Below are positions 11,619 through 24,297 of a stretch of 64,000 nt of DNA, one piece after another. Where the stretch lies: NCBI GenBank assembly GCA_964016885.1, contig OZ024743.1:361646001-361710000 (forward strand), read 5' to 3'. Below the pieces are notes generated by a model. That model saw nothing but the letters and a program-made list of their open reading frames with translations. It was not told the DNA's origin and made no database searches. The translations under genes were made by a program, and so were the position numbers. This DNA comes from Eledone cirrhosa. Taxonomy: Eukaryota. Numbering within the stretch: position 1 is the first letter of the stretch; every line of letters begins with the position of its first letter.

Positions 11619-14600
11619 CAGCCGCAACAACATCAGCAGAAGCATAAACAACAACAGTAACAGCAGCAGCAACAACAACAACGGCCACAGCAACAACAGC
11701 GGCGGCGGTCGTAGTACCAGCAGCAACAACAAAAGTGACAGCAGTTCTGACGACAACAACAACAAGAAAGAAAAACCAATCTCGTTTGTAGGTATCACAA
11801 AGAACCTGGAAACCATCCTTATAACAAATGAGGAATTACATGAAGCAAAGAAGATGGTGACGAAAACCGGATACCGAGCAATCTGCAAGGCAGCCGAAGA
11901 ATTTTTCGAAACCCAACAGCACTGTACGGTCACGTACCGTACAGTGAGCACAAAATCACGTAGAGTTGAAAGAGCCACAGAGGCTCAAATACGAAAAGCC
12001 TTAGGGTCTGTGTGGCAAGAAATATGCCACTGTGGATGTGCTTTTTGCCACACCCCAGGAGGCAAAGGCTCAATCCCTAGTGACCTAAGGAGCGAGGAAA
12101 TGGTAATGGTGCCCTCCTACAGCGGGCAAAAAATTGTGAGATGGCCCCTTCTTGGCTTGCCGCGTCTGTCCTCGTCGGAATCGAGGACAAAACAACCGTA
12201 CTGCAAGTGCAGAAAAAAGTACGAGAAGATTGGGTTGGCGACTCCATTGAGATGTTAATTCAAACCAACCAGGAGTGCATCGAACCTATCCCGGATGTGA
12301 TAGACTTCGATAACAGCTCTCAACCTCCCATAAGTGTTGAGGGCAAACGCCCGAAATGCTTTCGCTGTGGGTCGAAGACTCACCTCAGGGCCTTCTACAA
12401 TGAGAAGACCCTGAGAAAGGAGAAACCCCCCTCCTTCCGAAACCGGCTCCACTGCTACCAGCAACAGGACAGGCGGCAAGCAGCACGGATAGGTCCGTGG
12501 CACCCATACCCACGCCACGGAAATCAAGAACAACAGCAGCAGTGGAAGTATTAACAACAACAACAGTAATACCAACTGCAGCTGCAACAGAGACTCCACT
12601 GCAACCACCACCACCCACCCTAGCACTACCATCACCACCGGCGGCAACCCCACCACCACCAACAACAATACCTTCAACAACACCACCACAAGCACCAACA
12701 TCGCAAATACAACAAAACACACACACCCAGCAACAACGACAAGAAAATAGCAGAACCACACCTCGCCCCCAGAAAAAGAAATGCTCAGCAATAAATAGAC
12801 ACAAGAAACTAATGACTTACATAATTGAACACAGACATTTCCCAGCACGACTACATAAAACCAGCACCAATCAAAACACCAACGAACATAAGACTGGTAA
12901 GAATATCACAGAAACAATACACAAACATTAAAATGAAATTCCCCAACGCAGTTGCTGATTTCAGAGACCTAGGAGCGACACTCAACCGGAGAGTATTCTC
13001 GGATACACTCACAGAAGAGCCGACGACCAGCCGAAGGGACGATTCAACGGTCCCTTCACCAGACGATCAAGATAAGTGATACTTTCTCACTTGCCCCGTT
13101 CCTCACCCAACATGGCCGTATTCAGGATCGGAAGTGTAAACGTGCGTGGCTTGAGTTCGGTTTGGAAACAGGGACACTTGCTTAACGACCTCAGGTCACT
13201 AAACATAGATGTGGTAGCCATCAGCGAGACGAGAATCTCCGAAACGCAAGTCTTCGCACCGATCTTCGACGGTTACGAGGTGTAGGCATCTCCGAGCCCT
13301 TCGGCAGCAGGGGTGGGTAGGGTGACTGTGTTGTTTCGGAAAGGATTGGGTCTCGCCATACGGACCATCTTCCTGGACCCAGAAGGTAAGTCGGTAGTGC
13401 TGGACGTAAGCGGCACCGAAGGCAACGCTTTCCGGCTAGTAGTCGTCTATGCCCCAACAGGGAGAGGACGTCCAGATTTCTTTAGATGTCTAGAGACCTC
13501 ACTTGAAACTCCCGCTCTTTAGTGTTAGTGGGCGACTGGAACAGTATCTTCGATGCACGCTTTGATTGTTGGGGCTAGTGGATAGGGGAGGAGGGTGCAA
13601 GAGCCTCACCAACCTGCTCAGACGTTTTGAACTGTCTGACAGGTATCGACTGGATCACCCGAATGTGCCTATGTGGACATGGACAAACCGCATCGGGTCA
13701 TCCAGATCGTATCTCGATAGGGTATTCTGCAGAGAACTAGATAAGGCTAGTATAAGTTGTCCACAATTTAAAATAGTTGACTACACAGACCACAAATTTG
13801 TGATCTGTGAGATCGTCATAGACAGACTCCATAGACAAAGGCCTGGTTACTGGCAGCTGAACGTCTCTTTCCCTGTCGCGCAAAGCCTACAGAGACCGGA
13901 TTAGCGTATTAGTTAAGCGGGCGTAGACGGGATCGGTCGTCAAGAACAGGTGGAGTCAATTAGGTTTATCAAAGGACTATTGATAGAGGAAAATAGAGTA
14001 GAGGGAGAGCTAGTCAGAAAGCTAGAAGAGGCGTTTAGGACAGGCATCGCAACCGACATGCTTGCGGCGAGATTGGCACTCGACCAATTCTTCCACGCAA
14101 AACACGAAGACTACGTTGTCAGAGCTAGAGCGCGTGCTCTGAAACACGATGGGTTAAAAGCCGCCCAATGGGCCCGGGTGGCAGAGGCGCGACGTGGCAA
14201 CAAAGCCACAATTCGGTCTTTGTCTGACCAAAACGGGCGCGTGTTGCTTGAACCCGAGCAGATGTGTGAAGCTTTTCAGCAGCACTTTGCTGACCTGTTC
14301 GGGAGCAGCGGCGAGTGGGATCGGGGTATAGTCTTCAGTGTATACCTCGATGGACTCCCTTGGCTCTCGACGACCGCAGCACAGTATTGCGAAAAGCCAA
14401 TAACAGCCGATGAAATACGGGAAGCGATGGCTAACTGCACGAGGGGTAAATCGCCAGGTTTGGATGGTCTGCCCTACGAGCTTTATGCTTTTACTTGTTC
14501 GGTGACCCCTTGGAAGACGCCTACTACAACTTGCAGCAGAACGGGAGTATTCCTAGTTTTGTGAGCCGGGGAGCGGTGGCGCTGCTGAGAAAAGAACCGA

Positions 14601-16506
14601 ACAATGGGGATGTTATCGATAACTTCAGGCCCATAACCCTGCTAAACGCAGAGTTCAAGATTTTGGCCAAGGTGTTAGCGACGAGTTGGCGCTTGTCATC
14701 AAGGGTCTGGTGGGAGAGGCGCAGATATGCGCCATTCCGGACAGATCCATACACGACAACCTCCATCTCATGCGATACATCATAGAGAAGGTGGTTAAGG
14801 AACTTGGCACGGGTGGGGCCCTTGTCAACTTGGATCAATCCAAAGCATTCGATAGGGTCGACCATCGGTACTTGGCGGCGGTCCTCGAGGCAGCCGGTTT
14901 TGGGCCCGTTTTCAGTGGTTGGATCGCTCTGATGTACAGCAACATCTGCTCAGTTGTGAGGGTAAACGGTCACCTAGTCGCAGCCGTTCAGCATCATGCG
15001 CTCGGTCCGCCAGGGTTGTTCCCTCTCGTCCCTCTTGTACGTATAGGCTCTCGAGCCGTTACTGCAGAAATTGGGGGCGACGAGAGGCGTCCCACGCGAA
15101 CTAGGATGCGGGAAATCCGAGTCGGCCTACGCCGACGACGTCACCCTCGTGGTATCGAGCACCAGACACGTCCAGATGCTCGGCATCGCTCTCAAGGAAT
15201 ACGAAGCGATGACAGGAGTAAAGATAAGCCAGGAAAAGTCGGTGGGCTTGCAGCTCGGCTCCTGGAGAGGCAAGCCCATGCCGTCCGACAACGTCGTGGG
15301 GCGTTGGACGGACGGACCGGTTAAATTGCTCGGGGTCTGGTTCGGACCGGACCTCCAGATGGATAAAAACTGGAACGAGGTGACGAGCAAGGTGACCTCC
15401 CTCACCCAGAAATGGGCCGAGTGGAAGCTGTCCCTGAAAGGCCGGGCGGAGTTGGTGAATACGTACATCGCATCCATCATCTGCTACCGCCTCACCGTCG
15501 CCCCTTGCCCCGGCCTAACGCTCACCAAAATGGAGCGCCTCCTCTTCCGCTTTTTGTAGAAGGGACGCGCTCCCATGGCCAGACGATCCATCTGCTGTCA
15601 ACACCCGTTGCATGGAGGACTGGGCATGCCATGGCTGATGATGCGCAAACATGCGCTGAGGCTGCGACATCTTGACGGTGAACAGGTGTGCTCGCCGTTT
15701 GCCAGGCACGTTTTGCCACAGCTCATCTCCTTGACGTTCTATAGAGGACTAGTGGAGGGGAGGAGCGACGATGTTCTCGGAGATATCCTGGGCGTCGAAG
15801 AAGACCAGCTGTTTGCTCTCTTCCGGAGAACTTTCAGCCCAGGGCCTATGGATAACTTCCAAAAATACCTGGACTGGCAGTGCTACCGGGGAGCGTTGCC
15901 GGTTCGAGATAAGCTCTACAGGCAGGGAAGTGTCGTCAGCCGAGCCTATTCGAGATGCAGGCAGAGCGATGAAACCGTCATGCACGCACTCGTTCAGTGC
16001 CCGAGCATTGCGGACTTGTGGAGCTATGTCGAACGAATCCCTAATTAACTTTTTCAAGTTTCACTTAAAGAGGAAATCAGGGTGGAGTGTCAAGTGCTGC
16101 CTTCTAGCAAGTTTGTTGAAAGGTGGGTGAATGTTGCGAAAATGGTCCGAGTGAACGGGACCGCCCTGAATATACGCCTGTAGTTTGAGAAATGGAAAAA
16201 TTGAGCGAGGGTACTTGCCCTAATGGTCAGGGTGGCCGTGGTCTTTTGTGCGGCTTTCGCCACGAGTAACCCTCGGAGGTTTCCCCCCTATTGGGGAATT
16301 TTTCATTGTTTCAATTTTTATTTTTATTGTTTATATATATATGTTTCTATGTCTTTTTCTTTTTCTTTTCTTATATAATTAATACAAATCTTTACATGAA
16401 CAAAACCCACATCGTACCGTCCTGTACCGTCCTGTGCCGTCTGTAATGTTTTTCTTGATGTCAGCCCTTGTGGCCAATAAAGAAATCATTATTAATATTA
16501 TTATTA
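11619..16506 (+). mobile_element. Near full-length, frameshifted Tx1-like element (subfamily A1) ending in an (ATT)n tract
   Basis: ORF1 pieces 11605-13079 (CFRCGSKTH). ORF2 ~13112-16182 (GSVNVRG, ISETR, PGLDG, FRPITLLN, YADD). 3' end CCCTTGTGGCCAATAAAGAAATC followed by ATT repeats. Confidence 0.92.
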
Positions 16507-16695
16507 TGGTGGATTGGCAGTATCGGTAGAGGGTCGGACGCCATGCTTTCCAGCATAGTTACGTTCCTTTACGATCTGAGTTCAAATCCCGCCGAGGTTG
16601 ACTTTGCCTTTCATCCTTACGGGGTCGATAAAATAAAGTACCAGTAATGCACTGAGTAATTGCTGGCCTTGTGCCTAAAGTAGAAACAATTATTA
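16507..16695 (+). mobile_element. tRNA-type SINE, apparently full length (Meta/MESC-like core)
   Basis: A-box-like TGGCAGTATCGG, B-box-like GTTCAAATCC, core GCCTTTCATCCTTACGGGGTCGATAAAATAAAGTACCAG, ATT tail; at least six copies in the window. Confidence 0.85.
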
Positions 16696-17099
16696 TAATT
16701 TTTTTTTTGTGTGTTTGTTGTGGTTGTTATTGGTGTTGTTGTTGTTGTGGAAGTGTTGTTGTTGTTGTAGTTGTTGTTGTTATGTTTTTTCAGCATTGTT
16801 ATTTTATAACTGAATGGAATGATAGATTGCTGTGCACGCAATTTTCGCTAGAAAATTCAAGTTTTTCATGTAAGCTAATTACAATTATTATACTTTGCAG
16901 CAGACAAAAAACAACAACAGCAATAACAACAACAGCAGTTACCACAGCAGCTAGACAAATAGCCATAACAACTATAAACATGGCAAAAATATGGACGAGA
17001 AAAATTCTACGTGATTGATTTATTTCGCAATTTTGTAGGGTGGCATGATTGTTGGGTTTATATATATTTTGTTCTCCCACAGGGTGTTGGATCTGCAGA

Positions 17100-17293
17100 A
17101 ACATGAGAGCATCGCTCAAATGCATAGCCCGTATTTTCCGACATTCTAGGTTCTGGGCTCAAATTCTGTGGATCAACTCTGCCATTCATCCTTTCAGAGA
17201 CTATAAAATATGTACCAGTATTGTACTGGTGTCGATAAAATCCTATTTTCTCTCACCTAAATAACTGGTCTAGTGCCAATGCTAGAAATAATT
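17100..17293 (+). mobile_element. Diverged copy of the same SINE superfamily
   Basis: GCCATTCATCCTTTCAGAGACTATAAAATATGTACCAGT core and TAGTGCCAATGCTAGAAATAATT tail. Confidence 0.55.
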
Positions 17294-17339
17294 ACTTCTG
17301 ACTTTCATTCATACAACATCATCCTTCGCAGGTGTTAAC

Positions 17340-18650
17340 AAGGGGCGCGTTGTGGTTTTAGGTAGAGGGGTCTGTTCGAAAAATATATTGTAGTTTCCAT
17401 TACATGCTGTAAAATCTTACGATAGGCTCGTGACCTCTTCAGGGAGGCGTGGGATGGACGGACAAAGGTTGCATATCTCGAAATACCAAAAAGTGTTCGG
17501 AAGGGAGCAAACTGTAAACATTAGAACCTGGAATATCTCAACTCTTTGATTAGATGTAGACAGGGCTTTATCAACAAAGTTCCTTGGTTCTGGTAATATA
17601 GAATTGGATGGAGGATGGAAACTACCCTATTCAGGTGTTGATCCAGAAATAACTGCACATGTGGGAGTGGAGATAAAATATGTTAAGGACTGGATCGCAT
17701 TAGGAGGAAGGAATTGCCTCATGAAGCTTTGGCTGAAAGAGAAGTCTATATCGGTGGTGCAAGTTTATGCAACAAACAAATCTGGATATAGATCCTTCCT
17801 TGTTAAATTCACCATAGACTTAAATGTAGTTAAGACTGATCATATATCTTAATGGGAGCCATCGATGCACATATTGGTACAGACCACCTGATATGGAATG
17901 AAGTGATTGAAAGCAACGGCGACCCAGATTTAAATACGAATGGAGAAGCTTATTAGACCTCTGTTCGGGCAAGGGACTCTCTATTATTAACACTTTCTTC
18001 CAATGCAGAGACATCCATTAATATACTTGGTATAAGGGGAATCAGTGACAGAGATTAGTAATTTATTTTGTTATTGTCTCTTATCTCTTCAATTATGTGC
18101 CGAATATTCCTGTTAAAAGAGAGGTAAGCTGTCAACTGACCACCACCTAGTCATTTGCAGCTTTAAACAACCTAAAGACTAAGAAGCCCACACAACTGGC
18201 ATATCCAGGTTGACCTATAGGTCGGCAGCGTTGACGGACAAGGAAGTGAGGACCTGGTATGCGGATACTATTTCATCCAAAGTCAGAGAACTCCCTGAAT
18301 AAACTGACGCCGTTGAAACGGTGTGGAGACTGTTCAGCTCGGAGATTTCTGCTTCAGCAATTAGATGATGCGGCCGAAAGTGGCTTTGTGCGACGCCGGA
18401 TATTAGGAAGACCTCTTGGTTTAATCAAGATATCAAAGATGCCATTCATGCAAAGAGGGAGGCTTACAAATCATAGTTTCTAAATAAGTTCTCTTTTTCC
18501 ACTTGCCGTAAAAGCAGGCGCAACAAGTCGCAGCAGTGACAGTAAAGGCGTCCAAAGTTAAGCCATGGTAGATCTTTGGGGGATAAACTGGAATCCGACT
18601 TAAGATCAGCAAATAAAGAAGAAGAATAGTTACATGCAACACTATTCAGA
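17340..18650 (+). mobile_element. Degraded RTE-clade LINE, 5' part (APE endonuclease remnant)
   Basis: TWN-like motif, GGWKLPYSGVD, VVQVYA, DHHLV; nucleotide match to the reverse complement of 49900-50790. Confidence 0.7.
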
Positions 18651-19136
18651 TATACTGATGAGAATGATCATAGATATTTGTTTCGCTGTAGAATTGTAAT
18701 AGTATGTATACACTAATTGTTTCAGAAATAAATTAGGAAGTCACAATTAATTATTGCAATGGTGTAGCGAGCATGGACAAGGGAATGGGAAATCTGCCCT
18801 GGGTTTTGTATAAAAAATTGAGGTCAGTTGCACAGCCTGAAGGGCGATCACTGGTCCGAATAAATCAGTGTTATATATGTCTGTGCCCCTGTAAATTAAT
18901 GTTGGTATAGCTAGGATTTATAAGCGACGCTACAAAAAAAAATTAGAGACTTCCGCGAAGTATTAAAATTGTAGTTATACACCTACCAGCCCACAAAGCT
19001 GGCATCAGGCGGCATTCAAGGACCGTCTGATCCTGATGTAACAACATATTTGCTGGCGGTCTCCGAATCGAATTTTCTCATTTCTTTTTCCCTATTTCCA
19101 CTATATGTTTGGGTTCAACGTAATTCTGCTACATAA

Positions 19137-19230
19137 TTCTGCAGATGACACCTGATGAGATCACCCTGTCTGGCACCATCATCGGTTGATGAAGATGAGC
19201 CATCGAAATATACATAGTGATTTCGCGGAA
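19137..19230 (+). ncRNA. Candidate type I hammerhead ribozyme with extended stem II (family II-like)
   Basis: CAC-CTGATGA (19152-19158)-GAT...ATC-GAAA (19205-19208)-TATACA-TA-GTG; distal stem I TTCTGC/GCGGAA; GGC/GCC and CATC/GATG pairs inside stem II. Confidence 0.55.
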
Positions 19231-20034
19231 TTAAAATTATAAAGCAAATTTTCTAGTCCTGCCTTTGGATGTTGTTTTAATGAATACTTTACTCCCTTCT
19301 TGCACCAAACTAGATACCACATCTACGGTGGATGACTTGCATAACGTTGAGTGCTTAATTAAGTTGTTGCACTATCGTTTACCAACCAGAACCACCAGTT
19401 CAACCCATCAGTAAACAACCTAACATGAATGATATATACTTATAAGGATCTATGTAAATATAAGTATGTGTGTGTGTATGCGTGTATCTAACATTTTATT
19501 CCGTATTTCTGCACATGGCGATGATGATGACCATGATTCCATTTTCGTCGTCATCATCACCACTGCTACTAATATTATCGACAAAATGTGTTTTTTGTAT
19601 ATTTCTTCCTGAAAAGCTTTACGCTATATATCACATCACCAGCGTTTTTCTCCTTCATCATCGTTATCATCCTAATTCTTGTCCTTACTATCATCATAAT
19701 CATCTCAACATCAGAACCATCATTTATCATTGCCACCCACTTTAATTTTTTCCACATCATTATTTTCATCAGTTTTGTTGTTGCCGTTAGTTTATTGTCT
19801 TTTATTTTCTATTTTCCTCTAGTTTCCTCTATTTTGTTGGACATTTTGTTGTTGGTATTATCGTGGGGAGATACACCATAAACGTTATCACTATTACACT
19901 TCTGTTAAGTTTATTTATTTTTCTCGTTTCTATTCTAGCTGATGTCTGAAACTATTTATTTCTTTTAGGTGTGAAGGATCTTAGCAGTTTCTAAAATATT
20001 TCTTCATCATGTGCATATGAATTTGAATAGGATA

Positions 20035-20157
<123 letters not shown>

Positions 20158-20590
20158 CTATTGCCTGTGTGAGTGGAGGAAGGTATTCCAATTTCCAATG
20201 AGTGTGTGTGCTGATGCTTTTATGTGAGTATATGCACTGGTGTATATATTTGCGAGTGAGTATGTGTGAGTATGTGGGCTATATGTATATATTTATATGT
20301 GTGTATGTGTGTATGCGTGTGTGTGTGTGTGTGTGTGTGTATTACACAGAATGAACCACAAGTGAATTCTCAGACCCAGTGCGACAAATGATTACTAATT
20401 CCGGCGTAATAACACAGATTGTGAAGAGGGTTATGGTCTACCAAGCGAAACGATACACAAATATTCTTAAATCATTTAAAGGTAATACAACTGTCTAACA
20501 TAACTTATCAATAACTTACTAATATATAATACGCTTGTGTATTTGTCCGTCACAAGAGATGTCTGAGGAAGTAAGGTGTGATGACAAACT

Positions 20591-20885
20591 AAGAAAGGAA
20601 GGGATGATAATGTCGACTGAGAAAGGAAGGGGTTATAATGTCGACTGTTAAAGGAAGGGGTGATAACGTCGACTGGGAAAGGAAGTAGTGATAACGTCGA
20701 CTGAAAAAGGAAGGGGTGATAACGTCGACTGAGAAAGGAAGGGGTGATAGCGTCGACTAAAAAAGGAATGGGCGATAATGTTGACTGAGAAAGGAACGGG
20801 GTTATAACGTCGACTGAGAAAGGAAGGGGTGATAACGTCGACTGGAAAGGAAGGGGTGATAACTTCGACAGGGGAAGGAAGGGCT
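20591..20885. repeat. 28-bp minisatellite (GAAAGGAAGGGGTGATAACGTCGACTGA), ~10.5 copies
   Basis: Contiguous tandem units with point variants and no spacers. Confidence 0.95.
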
Positions 20886-21435
20886 GACAGCATCCAATAT
20901 TCGCTACATATGTGTGTGTCTATATGTATAGCGAATTGGCTACACATATTTGGCTTTTATGATTGTGTGTGTGTTTGTATGTGTGTATATGTGTGGTTGT
21001 GTAAATTATATTTATATATAATAATTGTGTGAGTGTATATGTGTGTTTATTTAGAAAGATACATAGACAATATAATTACAAACACACAGGAATTTGCACA
21101 TACATGTATATAAACTGACACACTTAAACAAGATAATCATTACATATACACATATCTATGAGGGAAGAGGGGTGAGGAACTATAGGTGTCCAGCGTTTTA
21201 GGATTCGTCACAGCTCTGTGTGTGTATGTGTAGTGATTTGGCTACACACATTGACTGCGTGTTTGTATGTTCGTATAATAGCGGTTGTGTGTATATTTAT
21301 GTGTATATTTGTCCGTCACACACTGAAAGGGAGATGAATGAGGAAGGAAGAGGGTGTTGACAAACTATAGAAAACAGCGACCAGCATTCTAAGATGCGTT
21401 ACACTTAAGTGAATATATGTATAGCGAATTGGCTA

Positions 21436-21629
21436 TTGTGGATTGGCGGTATCGTTAGAGGGTCAGGCACAATGCTTTCCAGCATAGAGTTACGCCCCTT
21501 TACGGTTTGAGTTCAAATCCCACCGAGGTTAACTTTGCTTTTCATCATTACGGGGTCGATAAAATAAAGTACCAGTAATGCACTGGGATAATTGTTGGCC
21601 TTGTGCCAAAAGTAAAAACTATTATTATT
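21436..21629 (+). mobile_element. tRNA-type SINE, full-length copy
   Basis: Collinear with 16507-16695. Confidence 0.85.
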
Positions 21630-21974
21630 GTGAGTATATGTGTGTGAGTGCATGTGTGATGTGTGGATATATTTATAGTTGTGTGTGTGTTTCTGTGTTC
21701 ATATTTATATACTTATACATATAAATCTATACATATGCACAAGAAGATATCATCTTGTTTATCTATGTTAGTTGCAGATAGATTTTCACGAAAAATTATT
21801 AAACTAAAAACTTGGTTTTGTACGTTTTTCATACATAAAATTCTACAATTACTCGTCATTTTTTACGGCCCGGTGCCAGCTAGAATTAATATAATTTACA
21901 TAACGTTCATATATTTATTACTTCTTTTAAATGGACGTAGCATTGCTGAAAGTTTGAAAATTAAGCTTCACAAT

Positions 21975-22100
21975 TATTTTGTTCCAGGTTCAATCCGTCT
22001 GTGTGGCATCTTGGGCTTGTGGCATTTACCATAGCATTGGGCTGACCCATGCTTTGTGAATACAATTGGGTAAATGGAAAGTGTTTGAAACCCGTCGGAT
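21975..22100 (+). mobile_element. Degraded copy of a second SINE family
   Basis: GGTTCAATCC...GTGGCATCTTGGGC...CCATAGC...GCTGACCCA; related to 60770-60835 (+) and 63575-63680 (-). Confidence 0.5.
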
Positions 22101-22435
22101 AGATTATCCCTGTATTTCAAAGGGCTAGCATGTCACAGTGTGTGTCACTGTGAATTTCTCGAGGAACATGTTAATTTCAACAGCATGTTGTTCCCTTGAT
22201 AAAACCAGACGGAGGTCCATTTCATGTCTCAAGAAAGCAATGATAGTAACACGTGTCGAACCTGAAGTGATAGGTATGGAAATATAATGTAGCTCCAAGA
22301 AAAGTTACAACCCTCAATATTTAACCGAATATATTCCATCCTATGTATGTAAGCATATATTGTTGTATATATGTATATATGTAAGTGTGCATACATTTAT
22401 TTATGTATGTTTGAATGTATATGTATGCTTATATG

Positions 22436-22491
<56 letters not shown>

Positions 22492-22497
22492 TATATA

Positions 22498-24297
22498 GGA
22501 AAAAGTATGACCCCGACGGCAGAGCTCAAGCCGTTTCGACGGCTATTTCTGGACTAAATAAGAATGTTTAGCCTGGTGAATAAATAACCGAACTTTTCCT
22601 TATATGGGAAGATTGTAGTTGTCAAGAGGACTGATTAAAATTTGTTGTAAACACAAATAAGTCTATCATGGCATTTGGTGGGGTGTAGGGTGGCTGAACT
22701 TGCCTGTAGAACAATAGGGGAGTGAGTGGAGCGGTCAAGCGTTGAAAGTGATATGTATACAGCAGATTCTGAGGATAGAGTATGAAGTGGAGGAGGGAGG
22801 TTATAGAATAGGTAAATCGAATGAGAGTAGTAGACAATAAAAGATAATAGAAATAAATAAAAAATATATAAAATTAGATAGAAATGAATATAATGAATAA
22901 AAAAATGAATAAAATAAATCACAACGCTATCTTACAATTACAGGTTAATAAGTTGAGAATAGAAAAAACTTGTAGAAATTGAGTAGTACCAAAACTGATA
23001 CATAATTAAAGGAGTTTAACACGTCTGTTATAAGTAGTTAGTAAAACGTATTCGGCCAATTCTATCTTAAGATTACAGGGGTGGGGAAACTGATGCTATA
23101 GAGGCCCGATGGCCTGCATCGGAGTAGGCAAAGAGGAAAAGCAGACAAGGAAGAAAATAGGGGTGGAAGGAAGTGATAGGATGAGACAGGGGAAGAAGAA
23201 GATAAAGAGGAAAAGAAAAGAAAAGAGATACATCTACCTAAGTAAGCTGGGGTTTCCCCTAACTTATTCGGCAAGTAGTGGGTATCAGCCCTTGTCTACC
23301 CCCCACCCCACCCCCACCCCGGGGTCGTTATGGGGTTTGAGGGCGAGGTAAGTCCTACGTAATCTGTGTTTGCATGCGGTTACCAGTTCCTCTTTCTTGT
23401 TTAGGAGTTGGTCCTTCGAAAACAACATTTGTAATGTTTCCTCCGAGCATAAGTTACACGGACGGCGTCCTCCCGTGTAAGAGTTAGCTTTGGACAGTAA
23501 GCTCCAAGTGAGATTGTAGGTTATATTGTTACCTTGGAGGTCCCAGATGTGGCCCGAAAGTGTAGTGGCATGTCGCCGGACCGGGTTTCGGAGAGTATGT
23601 CGGTGTTGGTAGAGCCGGATCTTGAAGTCACACGCGGTTAATCCTATATAAGCTTTGTTGGAGGTGTCCGTCCTCACGTTGCACTGGTAGATCACGTTAC
23701 GTTCTCGGCATTTGTTGTTGAGGGGGCACGTAGATCTATCAGGGCAGTTACACCTCCTGGTCGGCTCTCCACTGATGTCTAGGTTATTTCTTCCATAAGG
23801 GTTGAGTTTTTTGTTGTTTGAGGAGACGATGTTTTGTGTGAAGTTAGGTGTGGTGCTTTAGGGGAGTGTGATGGTGTTTTTGTTGATTATGTTGTGGTAG
23901 CGGTGTTGTAGTGGAAAGTGTTTTTCGAGGAGTCTAAAGAAGATTTTCCCGATAGGTGTTGCCACCTCTGCATTATGGGGAGGATTGAACCACGTTACGT
24001 TGCGTGAGCGGCGGTGTCGCCTGCTGGATCCGCTAAGGGAAGCTGGATAAAAGGATATTTCCTCCCGGAAGCCACTCCGCTCCAGGGCCTGGTTATAATG
24101 AGGCGCGTGTTCGTCAAATATCTGCTCATTAGCGGACAAACGAGATATGCGGAGGGAGATGTTTTTAACCAGGTTATTTATGATGTTTCTAGGATGGTTA
24201 GAGCGGCGGTGAATGTAGTGCAGGTTGTCGTTTGGTTTCCTGTATGGGTAGTTCAGATCATTTTCGAGGTTAAGGGTAACGTCCAGGAAATTGACTC
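22498..24297 (-). mobile_element. 5'-truncated Penelope-like element (RT C-terminus, Cys-rich linker, GIY-YIG endonuclease, 3' non-coding region) bounded by TA-rich tracts
   Basis: VNFLDVTL, PYRKPN, YIHRRSNHP, TWFNPP; linker CNC....CPL..KC; VIYQC...YIGLT..FK.R..QH; CNLC.EE; CKHR. ORFs 23858-24322 and 23285-23695 are in the same frame, separated by one TAA. Confidence 0.92.

Noticed and set aside
16507-16600. tRNA gene
   Set aside because: A/B-box-like head only, fused to a SINE core; no complete cloverleaf.
18655-18690. CTGATGA hammerhead core (also TCATCAG at ~19766)
   Set aside because: No properly spaced GAAA closing a paired stem II.
20418-20462. Hammerhead-like GTGAAGA...CGAAAC
   Set aside because: C3 is replaced by G and stem II does not pair convincingly.
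20591-20885. Possible CRISPR array
   Set aside because: Units are contiguous with no unique spacers, there are no cas genes, and the context is eukaryotic.
22505-22580. Expected pLTR hammerhead at the 3' end of the Penelope-like element
   Set aside because: The minus strand has CGAAAC and a GGCTA/TAGCC stem, but I could not find a CUGANGA box.
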